DNA of 64,000 bases. Origin: Proteromonas lacertae. Its lineage: Eukaryota. The stretch is taken from positions 62,001-126,000 of the forward strand of contig NGBS01001165.1 in assembly GCA_002245135.1 (NCBI GenBank). Direction: 5' to 3'. The position numbers were made by a program, and so were the translations under genes. The notes beneath the pieces were generated by a model. The model had not been told where the DNA came from. It was given only the letters and a program-made list of their open reading frames with translations, and made no database searches. Shown here piece after piece: positions 25,222 through 40,200 of this stretch (the stretch's first letter is position 1; each line of letters starts with the position of its first letter).

Positions 25222-28200
25222 ATGAAGTTATATGGACTGTTTTTAATTTTTACATTTTTTAGTTCAATCTATAGTTTAGGTATTAATGTTTTTTTCATTT
25301 TTTCTAGGTCCATCAGTAAAAATCAATGTTCTTCAACATTTTTCAAAGAATAATAGTAGTGCTATAATAGAATTGTCATTATCCACATCTCCTACAAGGC
25401 CTATATTTTTCTCTTTCACTGGTACAGATTCTGTGTGTCATCCAATCACTCCAGTTCCTTTAATATTGGATAGCAATACAAAATCTAGTATAGTTGTAGT
25501 TGTTGCTGATGATTTAAAGTATAAATCAAAGTGTAAGGTTAATTTCAAATACGTAACATCTGATCCTTTATATGATGTAAATCCTCAGTTATTTTATGTT
25601 TCAAATGCAATTGAATTAAATTTAATCATTAATTCAATTGATAAGTCAGAAATACTACAATCTTGTAGTTATTCATTAGGAGATGAAAGATTATTGGTGG
25701 ATATTGGAGAAGAGACAAGTACAACAATTGTATTAGACCATGAACCAATAGAGGAGATAGTTATTTCAACTGAGAATGATAATCAGATTTTCAAATTTGA
25801 TGAGAAAAATTGGTATAAACCACAAAAGATTGAATACAAACCACCATCAAGCTTATTAAATTGTAATGGTGATAAAAGAGACAGAATTGTACTGAAATCT
25901 AGAAATTGTGATAGTAAGAATAATCATAATACAGTTGAAGTAATGATTAAAGATAATTGTATTAAAACATTTTCAATAGTACCTTCAACATATGTATTAG
26001 GTCCAAGCCAGCAAGCCAAATTCAAAGTAATATTTCCAGTAATTCCATCAATATCAAATATAACAATTACATGTAACTCAAGTTGTGAAGGAACTGTAAT
26101 AAAGCCAAATCCAGTAATAATCAATGGAAAGGAAAATGAATTTATATTTGAATCACCTAAGATAATCAATACATTAGAAACAATTCAATTAATAGCAGTT
26201 GATTATTATAACAGAATATATGAATCAATAGTTATTCCAACAATAATATTAAAACCAATAAATAAGAATATAATCAAATCATCACTATTGTCAAATAGTA
26301 TAGAAACAGTATCAAATGAGATAATCTATACATTGATGATAATGAATAATGAAATAGGAAAAGATGATAGAATAAAAGTAAAAATAAATAGTAAAGGATT
26401 TATCTCAATACCAAAAGAAGTAGTATTTAAATACAATGATGAAAATCCAAATATAATTAAAATAAGAGGGGTTTTAAATACATCTAATACAGTACATACA
26501 ATACAACATGTATCTGTATTTAAGAATTATATTATCTTTCCAACATCAACAGTGAATATCAAATATATCAACATAACAAATAATACCAAGTTAATAGATT
26601 GTAAACCAGGTTATTATATTCAATATTATATGGATAAGGATATATGTACTCCATGTAAGATTAACCATTATTGTATTGGTGCATTAAATAAGCCAATCAG
26701 ATGTCCAGTTGGTAGTTGGTTGAATAATACGAATGGTAAATCAATTGATAATTGTATTAGAGATAGCAATAATAATAATAATGAAACATTAGAGAAGATA
26801 AATCAAGTAGAATGTAATAGAGGATCATATTATAATGAAGTAGAGAATAGATGTATTATTTGTCCAGCTGGTTATTCATGTATTAATAATACGGTAATAC
26901 AGTGTAATACAGGGGAATATTCGTTATATAATGATAGTAATTGTCATAGTTGTCCAGAAGGTTATTATTGTTTAACTCCATTTTCAATAACTGGGAAATG
27001 TCCAGTTGGTACATATAGTAAAGGAAATGATAGTATATGTAAAAGATGTGATAGTGGTAGTTATACTGATGAAGAAGGTTCAATTCAGTGTAAAACATGT
27101 GAAGAAGGTTATTATTGTAATAGTACAACATCAATGAAATGTCCTTTTGGTTATTATTCCTATAGAAATCAGAGTTTTTGTTTTAAATGTCAATTGAAGG
27201 AAATAATGGATGAAAATGAGGAAGATGATATTTCATATGATGAAGAAGAACAATGTAAGAAATATTATGAAGAGAATAATAACTTAGAAGATGTAATATT
27301 TGAAGAAGAATCTAATGATATGATAATCAAAATATTTAGGAACAAACATATTCGTATACTTCAACTAACAGCATCATCATCATCTCCATTATGTCCAGCT
27401 GGTACATATGGTAGTGGAGGTATAAACTGTGAAATATGTCCAGCAGGTAAATATTGTCCAGGTGGTACTAGTAGCAGTAGTAGTTGTAATCAAGGTCAAT
27501 ATTCATTAGGTGGTAGTTCATCCTGTCATTCATGTCCTGCTGGTTATAGTTGTCAAGATCCATCTAATCCAAAGTTTTGTAGTACTGGTACATATGCTAC
27601 AGGTGGTGCTACTCAATGTAAAGTATGTGAAAAAGGTTTTTCTTGTACACAAAGTGGACATACTAAATGTAATCCTGGTTGGTATTCAGATCAAGGTAAT
27701 ACAACTTGTTATAAATGTCCTACTGGTTATTATTGTGATAAACCTGAAGATGGTCCAAAGAAGTGTCCTGTTGGTTCATATTCTGGATTAGAAGCTACGA
27801 AATGTGAAGGATGTCCTGCTACAAAGTATTGTATTGATGCTTCATCAAGCCCAGTTACATGTCCTGAAGGTACATTTTCATTAGTTAATCAAACACAATG
27901 TACCACTTGTCCTGCTGGTTATTACTGTGCTGGAGGTAATAAAGTTCAATGTAATAATGGATATTACAGTTTAGAAGGTCAAAAATCATGTACAGCTGCT
28001 CCAGCTGGTTCTTATATTCCTGCAGGTCAACATACTATTAATTCATTACAACCATGTCCACTTGGTACTTTTACATCATCATCAGCACAAACATCATGTC
28101 AAACATGTGGTGCAGGTAAAGAATGTAAAGATATGAAAGAACAGAAAGACTGTGCTTCTGGTTATTATTCATTACTAGGTGATGGTATATGTTCTCCATG

Positions 28201-31200
28201 TCCTGCAGGTTACAGTTGTCCTACTAAATCATCTACTCAAATATGTAGTGATGGTTCCTATTCAGAATTAGGTGTAAGTGAATGTACTCAATGTATTACA
28301 GGTCATTATTGTCCAACAATATATAGTGGTGTTAGTTTACAATGTCCAAATGGTTATTATCAACCAAATAGAGGACAAAAATATTGTAATTTATGTCCAG
28401 CTGGTAGTAGTTGTACTGCAACATCAGCAACACTATGTAAACAAGGAACTTATTCACCATTAGGAGTTATGGAATGTAATTCATGTCCAACAGGTTTTAA
28501 ATGTTCAAAAGAAGCTATATTACATCAATGTCCAAGAGGTACTTATAGTGAGAATGGTAATTGTATAGATTGTCCATCAGGTTTTTATTGTCCAGATGGA
28601 AGTAATAAAATAGATTGTGAGAATGGTTATTATTCACCAACAGGTCAATCAAGATGTTTACCAATCCCACCAGGTCATGAAGCATTAGTTACTCATAAAT
28701 CAATACAACAATGTGTTAATAATTATCAATATTCAGATGGATTATCTAATACATGTAAGAGTTGTATGGCTGGTTATGATTGTAGCTCTAAAATCAGACA
28801 ATCAGTTTATTTAGCACTTTGTCAAATTGGTTATTATTGTACAGGTAATAAAGCACCAACACCCTGTCCAGCTGGTAAATACGGTGATAGACAAGGATTA
28901 AAATCTGAAAATGAATGTAAAGACTGTCCTGCTGGTTTTTATTGTGATGCAGGAACTACAATTAATGATTTACCCAATAAAATATGTCCACCTGGTAAAG
29001 TATGTGAAGGAGGTACTACTTCTACAACTTCTACATCATGTAAAAGTAATAATGATGAAGTAAGTACAATTAAAGGTTATTATGTTCCTAATTATGGTAG
29101 TTCATCTTATCAAGATTGTTTTATATGCCCTCCAGGTTTATATTGTCCTGTTGAAAATGATAATTCTAATAATCAATTATATCCAATATATCCAATAGAT
29201 TCATGTGAAGCTGGCTATTACTGTCCTGCTGGTTCAACTAGTGCTAAAGAAAAACCATGTTTAGCTGGCACATATAGAAAAGATAAAGGAGGAAGATCTC
29301 AATCAGATTGTGATATATGTCCACCAGGTCATTATTGTCCAGAACATTCTACTACTCCAACAGCTTGTCCTGAAGGTAGATATAATCCAAGTCCTGGTGC
29401 AATATCAGAAGCAGCATGTTTAATGTGTGAACCAGGATTTGCATGTCCAGATACAGGATTGGTAGAACCAAAAACGAAATGTGCAAAAGGTCATTATTGT
29501 CCTGCTGGAACAATTAATCCAGAAGATCATGCTTGTCCTGCTGGTAATTATACTGATACTGATAATGCAATTAGTTTAGCTGAATGCAAACCTTGTCCTG
29601 AAAGACATAGTTGTCCTAAAGCATGTACTGGTTATGATGGTGTTAATAAAATGGTAGCTTGTGCTGCAGGTCATTATTGTCCAAAAGGTACTGCTTATCC
29701 AACACAATATCCATGTCCATCTGGTAGTTATACAAGTAGAACAGATACAGCTAGTCCTGATGAATGTATTCCTTGTCCAAGAGGTCAATACTGTAATTCA
29801 GGTTCAGATTCACCAACAGGTGTATGTGAGAAAGGTTATTATTGTCCATTAGGTACTTCAACAGCTAATCAATTCCCATGTTTACCAGGTACTTACACAG
29901 ATAGAACAAATGCAACTACTCAAAGTGATTGTAATGCATGTCCAGAAGGTCGTTATTGTCCAGAAGGAACAGGTGATCCATTGAAATGTCCAGTAGCTAC
30001 TTACAGAGCAACACCAGAAGCAATAGATGTAGGTCCAAGTGGTAATTCATCAGAACCATATTGCACGAAGTGTCCAGCTGGTTTTAAATGTGTTGAAGGT
30101 ACAATTCATCCAGAAAGATGTCCAACTGGTACTTATTCAACCATCTCATCCAGTGATTGTGCAAGTTGTGAAGCTGGTCATTATTGTCCTGTTACTAATA
30201 CATCAGATCATGTGATGCATACATTCTATAGATGTCCTGCAGGGTTATACTGTAATGCTGGTATGAATTTAATACCTTATTCTCCTGATCATCTTTGTCC
30301 TGCTGGTTATTATTGTCCTGAAGCTACTCCAGAACCATTAGGATGTCCTGCTGGTACTTACAACCCAATTCAAGGTGGTAAAAACATATCTGATTGTTTA
30401 ATTACTGAAGCTGGTTTTTATACAAATGAGAATTCATCAACTTATACAGGAGAATGTTCAAGAGGTTATTATTGTCCAGCTGGCTCTATAACACCAACAG
30501 CAGTACCATGTCCACCTGGAACTCATAATAATCTCACAAAAGGTACAAACAGTTCATTCTGTGTTGCATGTCCAAGTGGTTATTATTGTCCAAAAGCAAC
30601 AGCTGATCCAATCATATGTGATGCTGGACATTATTGCATTGAAAATAGTACCGTTCCAGAACCATGTCCTTTAGGTACATTTGGTCCTACAACTGGTCTT
30701 AAGAAAGTAACAGATTGTTCAGCTTGTACACCTGGTAAATATTGTGATGGTATTGGTTTAACAAAAGAAAGTGGTAATTGTTCAAAAGGCTTTGTTTGTA
30801 CAGGTGGTTCTTACACTCCTGATCCATTAGGTAAAGATTTTGGTGATATATGTCCAAAAGGAGGTTATTGTCCTGAAGGCTCATCTGATTCACATAGTTG
30901 TCCACCTGGTAAATATAATCATGTTGAAGGAGGTGAAACAGAAGATGATTGTTTTGATTGTCCACCTGGTAAATATTGCGAAGGTTCAAATAGTCCATAT
31001 CCAACTGGTGATTGTACTCCTGGCTTTTATTGTACAGGTGGTTCAAGCACTCCTACTCAGTTTGAAACAAAACAAGGTTATTATACAGTTGCTGGATCTG
31101 CAGAACCTATTCCTTGTCCTGTTGGTACTTATAATGATAATACACGAAAAAAAGAATGTATACCCTGTGAAGCTGGTTATTATTGTAATGTTACTGGATT

Positions 31201-34200
31201 GATAAAAGGTTTAAATTGTCCAGTTGGTTATTATTGTCCTTTAGGAACAGTCAATCCAATTCAATGTCCAGATGGTACATTTGGTGTAGTAGTGACTGAT
31301 CAGAATGAGAGATGTAAGAAATGTGATCCTGGTAAATATTGTGTAGTTGGTGATAAAAATGGTAAACCATGTGAAGCTGGTTATTATTGTGCAGGTGGTG
31401 CATATGTACCAAATCCAAATGATGGAGTAACAGGATATCAATGTCCAGCTGGTCATTATTGTCCAGAAGGTGTTATTACTCCATCTAAATGTCCAGCTGG
31501 AACATACTCATCCGCTGTTGGTTTAAAGAATGATACTGCATGTTATGATTGTACACCAGGCCATTATTGTAAAGATGGTGGTTTAACTGTTCCAACAGGA
31601 TTATGTGAAGCTGGTTATTATTGTCCAGGACATTCTAGTAGTGAAAGAGATAAATCATGTGAAATGGGCTATTATTGTAAAGAAGGTAGTTCAATTCCTA
31701 TGAAATGTCCGCCTGGTGAATTTGGTATTTATATTAGTCAAATAAAATGTAATAAATGTACAGCTGGTAGTTTCTGTACTGGTGGTTCAAATAACAACAA
31801 TTGTCCTGAAGGATCTTATTGTCCAGTTGGTACTGGTATTAGTGCAATTCCATGTCCAAAAGGAACTTATCGACCTGATCAAAGTGGTAAATCAGAAAGT
31901 GACTGTTCATTATGTGATGAAGGTAAATATTGTCCGACTGCAGGTTTAAAAGCAGCAACAGTAGATTGTGATGAAGGATATTTATGTTTGAAAGGTTCAT
32001 TAAATCCACATGGTTATACAAAGACACAATCTACTCCATCTTATTGTCCAATTGGTCATCATTGTCCAAAAGGAACAACACCAGCAACGTTAGATACTTA
32101 TAAATGTGCAAAAGGAACATATTCCAATGAATTAGGTTTAAGAATCCAAGATGAATGTCATAAATGTGATGCTGGTTATTATTGTGATGAAGAAGGTTTA
32201 ACTGCTAAAGGTGATGTTTGTCCACCAGGTTACTATTGTGCAGAAGGAACAAGTGAAATTACATCTACAAATAGATGTGATGTTGGTTATTATTGTCCAA
32301 AAGGTACTGAGTATAATAAACAATATCCATGTCCAGCTGGTACTTATACTGATGAAAGGAATAGTACATCCTGTAAAACCTGTCCTGAAGGTTATTTCTG
32401 TCCAGAAGGTAGTAGTTCTTATACAAGTAATATTTGTCCTGAAGGATATTACTGCCCTGAAGGTACAAAATATGGTAAACAATATCCATGTCCTCCTGGT
32501 ACTTACAATAGTGGTAATTCATTAACATCCTCTGGTAATTGTACAAAATGTCCAGAGAATCATTATTGTGCTGGTTATGGTTTAACTGCTGAAACTGGTA
32601 CATGTGCTGAAGGCTTTTACTGTAAATTAGGAGCAGAATCTCCAACTCCAGTAGATGGAATAACTGGTTTGAAATGTAATGCAATTGATAAATGTCCAGG
32701 ATCAGCTTCACCCACATTATGCGATGGTGGTTATTATTGTGTAAAAGATGGTAATAATATAAGGAAAGAATTATGCTTAGAAGGTTATTATTGTAGAGAA
32801 GGTTCAGATAAGAAAAATCCAAATGGAGAAAAGAATTCAAAAGGTGAAGAAATGGGTAATATTTGTCCAAAAGGTCATTATTGTTTAAAAGGAAGTTCAA
32901 AACCAGAGTTATGTCCATTAGGTCATTATTTCCCAGGTGAAGGTAATTCAATTAAAGATTGTGTAAAGTGTCCTGGTGGTTATAATTGTTATAATAAAGG
33001 TATTTATGAATTGAATGAAACATTTATATGTCCAGAAGGTTTCTTTTGTCCAGAAGGTACTGGTATTGTTTCTATTGAAACTGATCCTACTTATTATTGT
33101 CCAGCTGGCAGTTTTTGTCCAAAAGGATCATCCTTTGCATTACCTTGTGAAAGTGGTACTTATTCAACTTCAATTAGACAATCATCCTGTGAACCATGTA
33201 AAGAAGGTTATTATTGTCCAAGAAATGCAACAACTCCAATTCCATGTCCAGCTGGCTATTTCTGTGATAGTTCAAATACTGAGAATTATATTCATTCACC
33301 TTGTCCTATTGGTTATTATGGTGATCAAAATCAAGTTGCTGATAGATCTTTATGTCAAATATGTGATTTAGGTTATTATTGTCCTGTTCCAGGTTTATCC
33401 AAATCAAATATGACAACTTCGTATAAATGTCCTGCTGGTTATTTCTGTAAATTAGGAGTTACATCAAGTCATCCAAATGATATTATACCATCATCTGAAT
33501 TGAATTCAAGGACTTATAGAGGTGGTTCAATCTGTCCAGTTGGTTATTATTGCCCAGAAGGTAGTTATAAACCAGAAGCTTGTCCAAAGAATACATATTC
33601 AACTTCTACAGGTAATACAAAAGCTGAAGATTGTTATAATTGTCCACCAGGTTATACATGTGCTGGAGGTGATGCATTACCAGAAATATGTGAAGAAGGA
33701 AAGTATTGTATAAATTCAATATCATTCCCATGTGAAGTGAAGAATTATTGTCCAAAAGGTTCGTTCAAATCAATCCCTTGTGAATCAGGTACTTATTCAA
33801 GTAATACTGGTGCTAAAGAATGTTTAACATGTCCAGCTGGTTCTTATTGTTATGAAGGTAATAATGAGAATTGTCAATCTGGATTTGTTTGTCCTCCTGG
33901 TACAAGATATCAACAAGAACATCCATGTGGTAGAGGTTATTACAATTCAGATCAATCAAGAACTGATATAAATGATTGTAAGTTATGTCAAGAAGGTTAT
34001 TATTGTCCACTCTCTGGTATGTATTCTGGTACTGATTATGAATGTAAAGAAGGTTATTATTGTAGACAAGGTTCAACAAGTGGTATACCAGATAATATAT
34101 TAGAATCACAATTTGAAGATGGAAGTTATTCATCAATGATAGGTGGAGGTGTTTGTCCAAAAGGTCATTATTGTACAAGTAATACATACGAGCCAGTGAA

Positions 34201-37200
34201 ATGTCCATCTGGTTATTATTCTTCTTCTAATTACAATTCTGAAGAAGATGATTGTTTGAAATGTCCACCAGGTTATTATTGTGATTCATCACATTATAGT
34301 AGTTTTGAGAAATGTCCAAAAGGTTATTATTGTCCTGAAGGTACTGATACTCCATTAATGTGTTCTCCTGGTCATTATTGTCCTGATGAGTATTTAAGTG
34401 ATCCAATTCCATGTCCAGCTGGTACATATAATGATCAAAATGGTGAAATTACAAAGTGTTATGAATGTCCTGAAGGATTCTTCTGTCCAGAAGGTACTTC
34501 ATCTTATCAAACTAACAGATGTCCAAGTGGTTTCTATTGTTTAGAAGGTACAAAATCATCCAATCAATATCCATGTCCTCAAGGTACTTATAGTATAAGT
34601 TCAGGTTTAATATCTCAAGAATATTGTACTTCTTGTACAGCTGGTTATTATTGTCCTATTCCTGGTATGTCATTCTCACCAACCAATGCATTTAAATGTA
34701 AAGGTGGTTATTATTGTAAAGGAAATAACATCTCACCAACACCAGCAGAATCTATCTGTACTCCAGGTCATTACTGTCCAAGTGGCTCATCTGAAGAAAT
34801 TAGTTGTCCTGCTGGCACTTATAATCCATCTTATGGTATTGATGATGTGAGTAAATGCTTAGCTTGTCCACCTGGTTACATTTGCACATCAGAAGGTTTA
34901 ACAATCTACAGTGAGTTATGTCCAGAAGGATATTATTGTTCAGGTGGTACAAAAACAACAGATATGAGTAACAGATGTAGTGTTGGTCATTATTGTCCAT
35001 TAGGTTCAAAGATAGAATTGAAATGTTTACCTGGAACTTATCAATCGGTAGAAGGTTCTTCAAGTTGTATGAATTGTTCAGCAGGTTATTACTGTTTAGA
35101 AGGAATAAGTCAATTAACATCATCTAATAAATGTCCAGCTGGTTATTATTGTCCTGAAGGAACAGAATATGATATTCAATATCCATGTGATGAAGGAACT
35201 TACAATGTATTAACAGGTTCAGAATCAATCAACGATTGTTTACCATGTCCACCAGGTAAATATTGTCCAAATAAAGCAATTAGCGAAATGGATGAGCTAT
35301 TAGAATGTTCAGAAGGTTATTTCTGTATGAATAAAGCTGTGATTAGTCAACCAAATGATTCAGTTACTGGTGTTATTTGTCCTCCAGGTTATTACTGTGA
35401 GAAAGGTGCTGAAGTACCAATTCCATGTCCAAGCGGTACATATTTGCCATATCCAGGAGGTATTAATAAAAATGGATGTATTAAATGTCCAGAAGGTTTT
35501 ATGTGTTCTTCTGATGGTATGACAGGTAATTTAACAAAATGTCCTGAAGGTTATTATTGTCCAGATGGTACAAGTGGATTTGATGGTGAAAATCCACCCA
35601 AATCATGTTCTCCTGGTTATTATTGTGAAGAAGGTAGTAAGAATCAAGTTAAGTGTGAATCAGGTACTTATCAACCAAATGTTGAGCAATCATCTTGTAT
35701 AGTTTGTGATGCTGGTTACTATTGTCCAGAAGGTTCAACCAATCCAGAGTTATGTCCAGTTGGTTTTTATTGTCCTGCTGGTACAGGTACAAGTTCAGGA
35801 ATGGTATATCCTTGTCCAATGGGAACTTATTCAAGCAATGCTGGTTTAACATCCATTGAGAATTGCACTAAGTGTGATACTGGTTCTTATTGTCAAGGTA
35901 TATCTTTATCAAGTGTATCAGGTTCATGCAATGAAGGTTATTTCTGTGATGGAGGTGCTTTTTTACCATCTCCAACTGACCACACTACAGGTTATATATG
36001 TCCAACTGGTCATTATTGTCCTGTTGGTACGATTGAAGTGTATATGTGTCCAAGTGGAAGATTTAGTCCTGCTAATGGTAATACAGAAGAAAATGATTGT
36101 CTGGTATGTTCAGATGGTAAAATGTGTAATAGAGATGGTTTATCATTACCAGAAGATAATTGTCCAGCAGGTAGTTACTGTAAATCAGGTAATAGTGAAG
36201 CATGTGATAAAGGTTATTATTGTCCAGGTAAAACAGGTTATCAAATACCATGTCCTTATGGTTCATATTCCAGTGAATCAGGTGCAATTAGTTGTAAAGT
36301 TTGTACTGAAGGTAGTTATTGTGAGAAAGGAAGTTATGAGAGATTATCATGTCCTTCAGGTTTCTATTGTCCATCTAATACAAGTGTTTATGAGTATTAT
36401 CCATGTCCTGCTGGTACATACAGTGAAGCCTTTGGATTAGTGTATGAAGATGAGTGTTTAACATGTATAGCTGGTCAATACTGTATGGGACAAGCAAATA
36501 CTTTACCAAGTGGAAGTTGTGATGAAGGATTCTATTGTAGTAGTGGCTCTAAGTTTATTAATCCATTATTAGTTGATGGTACAACAGGTGATATTCATAA
36601 TGATTTATGTCCAAGAGGTTATTATTGTAGTGAAGGTATTGATATTCCAACACCATGTCCAGTTGGTACTTATTCCAATTCATTAGGAAATAAACAAGAA
36701 AGTGATTGTAATTTATGTAGTGAAGGTTATATATGTAATACAACAGGATTAATAGAACCAATCTATAAATGTCCAGTAGGTTATTATTGTGCAGAAGGTA
36801 CATCATATGAAGGTGAACCTTGTCCAATTGGTTATTATTGTGATCAAACAAGTAAAGTTCCAATTCCATGTCCAGATGGCTATTATACTAAAGATTTGGG
36901 TCAATCAACTTGTTTATTATGTCCAGCAGGTTATTTTTGTGATGTTTTAACAATACAAACATCTGGTAGTCCACAAGATTGTTTACCTGGTTATTTTTGT
37001 CCAAAAGGCACTTCTAGAAGAACATTACATCCATGTCCAGCTGGTACTTATAATCCAAACCCAAATGCTGTTGATAGTAATGGATGTTTACCATGTACTA
37101 AAGGTAGTTATTGTGAAGGATTTGGCTTGAGTGAAGTAACAGGAGAATGTTTAGCTGGTTATTATTGTATTGGTAAAGTCTCAATAGCAACACCTACAGA

Positions 37201-40200
37201 TAATATTGTTTATTCAAATACTTTAACAGAAGGTGGTTCAATTTGTCCAAAAGGTTATTATTGTCCTCAGAATAGTGGTTCTCCTCAACCATGTCCACCT
37301 GGTACATATTCACAATCATTAGGTTTAGAATCAGATAAAGAATGCTTACCATGTCCAGCAGGTTATGAATGTCAAAATGAAGCAATGACTAATCCATATA
37401 TTAAACCATGTGAAGAAGGTTATTATTGTGATGGTGGAATATCTATAGTTCAGAATTATCCAGATAAGTTATGTCCAATTGGTAGTATGTGTCCAAGTGG
37501 CTCAAAAGTACCAACACCTTGTGGTTTAGGTAAATATCAAAATCAACAAGGTCAGAAAGAGTGTATAACATGTGAATCTGGGTTTTATTGTGAATATGGC
37601 TATTCTGAACAAGTAAAATGTCCTTATGGCTATTATTGTCCAAGAGGAACATCCAATCCTAAAGAATATCCATGTCCGATTGGTACATTTGATGTAGTTG
37701 GTGGTTTAAAACTAAAAACAGAATGTCAGAAATGTCCAACAGGTTTCTATTGTAGTGAAACTGGCTTACAATCTGCCAGTGGTCAATGTGATGAAGGTTT
37801 CTATTGTCAATCAGGTGCTACAGTTCCAGATCCACCAGATAGTTTATGTCCTGCTGGTTATTACTGTAAGAAAGGAACAACAACTCCAATAGCATGTCCA
37901 GTTGGTACATTCTCCAATAACACTGGTAATAGAAAAGAAGAAGATTGTGTGAAATGTCCACCAGGTTATTTATGTGATACAAATGACAGAACATCCATAT
38001 TGAATGAATGTGATGAAGGTTATTATTGTAGTGGTAATGGTAATGAAAAGATGCCATGTCCAACAGGTTCATACTGTCCTAAAGGAAGTGTTAATCCATT
38101 ACCTTGTCCTCAAGGTACTTTTATGAGTCATGAATTGAGTTTTGAATGTGAACCTTGTCCAGCTGGCTATTATTGTGAAGGTGGTACTGATATACCAATC
38201 AATTGTCCAATTGGATATTATTGTCCTGCAAATACAACTTATGGTAATGAATATCCATGTCCAGTTGGTACTTATAACAATATTCAAGGTTTAGAATCAA
38301 TAGATCAATGTCAGAAATGTGATACTGGTCATTATTGTAATGAAGTTGGATTAGTTTTACCAAGTGGTGAATGTGATGCTGGTTATTACTGTAAACAAGG
38401 TGCAAATAGCTCAAGACCAATTGATGGTATTACTGGATGGTTATGCAGTCCAGGTTTTTATTGTCCAACAGGTACAACAGTTGAAATTCCTTGTCCTCAA
38501 GGTACTTACAGTCAAAGTTATGGTAATGAAGCAGAAAGCAATTGTGTATCATGTTTAGCAGGTTATATTTGTGATCAATTGAATCAGACAAAACCAACAC
38601 AGAAGTGTATAGCTGGTTATTATTGTAGTGGTGGTGATAAATCAATCACAACAGCTAATCCATGTCCAACAGGTCATTATTGTCCAGAAGGTAGTTTATC
38701 TCCAATTCCATGTGATACAGGAACATATCAGAATAGCTTAAGAGGTATTCAATGTGATATATGTGATGAAGGTTATTATTGTTCAATGAAAACCACTTCA
38801 CCTTCTCAATGTCCTCCAGGTTATTATTGTCCAGAAGGAACAAATTCATCATATCATCATCCATGTCCATTAGGTACTTATAGTACAGAATTCAACTTAA
38901 AGAAACCAGATGAATGTACATTATGTAGTGAAGGTTATTATTGTGGTAGTGTAGGATTAACAAACCCAACAGCTCAATGTGCAGCTGGTTATTATTGTGA
39001 AAAGGATAGTTCATTACCCAATCAACATGAATGTGATGCTGGTTATATATGTAATGCTGGTAGTACAATATCCAATCCAGATGATCAAATACAAGGTGAA
39101 AAGTGTCCAGAATTGTTCTATTGTCCTAAAGGTACTCATACTGCACTGAGTTGTCCAGCTGGTAAGTATAATCCAAAAGAAGGTCAGTCAGAATGTATCG
39201 ATTGTTTACCAGGTTATATTTGTCCAAGTGAAAATGACAATTTAGTCGTTTGTCCTCCTAATCATTATTGTCCAGGTGGTGATATTACTGGTGAATTATG
39301 TCCACCTGGAACTTATTCATATTCAACAGGATTACAGAATGCTTCTCAATGTATAGAATGTCCAGCAGGTAAATACTGTATTGATGGAACAATCAGTGGA
39401 GATTGTGCTTCAGGTTATTATTGTGAAAGTGGTAGTGGATTACCTTTACCTGAGTTTAACTACAGTAATACAGCTTATCCATGTCCACCAGGTCACTATT
39501 GTCCTACTGGAACTGAAAGACCAATAGAATGTCCTGAAGGTACTGTTCGATTTGATAGTTATGGTAAAAGTGAACAAGACTGTGAAGAATGTCCAGGTGG
39601 TTATATTTGTCCTCCAGGTAATTCAGTTCCAATTCCATGTTATTTAGGTTCATATTGTCCAAGTAATGGTATTATTCTACCTTGTCCTCCATTTACTTAC
39701 AACAATAAAAGAGCACAACAATATAAATCATCGTGTTTACCATGTCCAGCTGGTAGTTATTGTATTTATGAAAATACATCAGATCCTTATATTAATATTA
39801 ATCAATGCCCAGAAGGTTATTTCTGTTTAGAAAGAGAGCAAAATCCAAATGTTTGTCCAGATACAACTTTTAGAGATACTACACAAGGTTCAAGTATAAA
39901 TAGTTGTAATGAATGTGTTGGTGGATATTATTGTCCAAGAAATACATCGAATTATGAAATGTATGAATGTGAAGGAGGAACATATTGTCCTGTTGGTACT
40001 TTTATTCCATTCAAATGTCCAGAAGGTTTCTATTGTCCTCCAAGAACAGTCAATCCAATACCTTGTCCTAAAGGATATTATTGTCCAAGCGAATCAGAAT
40101 CACCCATCAAATGTGAAATAGGTCATTTTTGTCCTGAAAAGTCAACATTACCATTATTATGTCCATTAGGTACTTACGGTAATCCAAATGCAGTTGATGA

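Noticed and set aside
25286..25307. ORF-track start MFFSFFL for the giant protein
   Set aside because: It lies inside intron 25280-25307. The ATG at 25222 gives a proper signal peptide.
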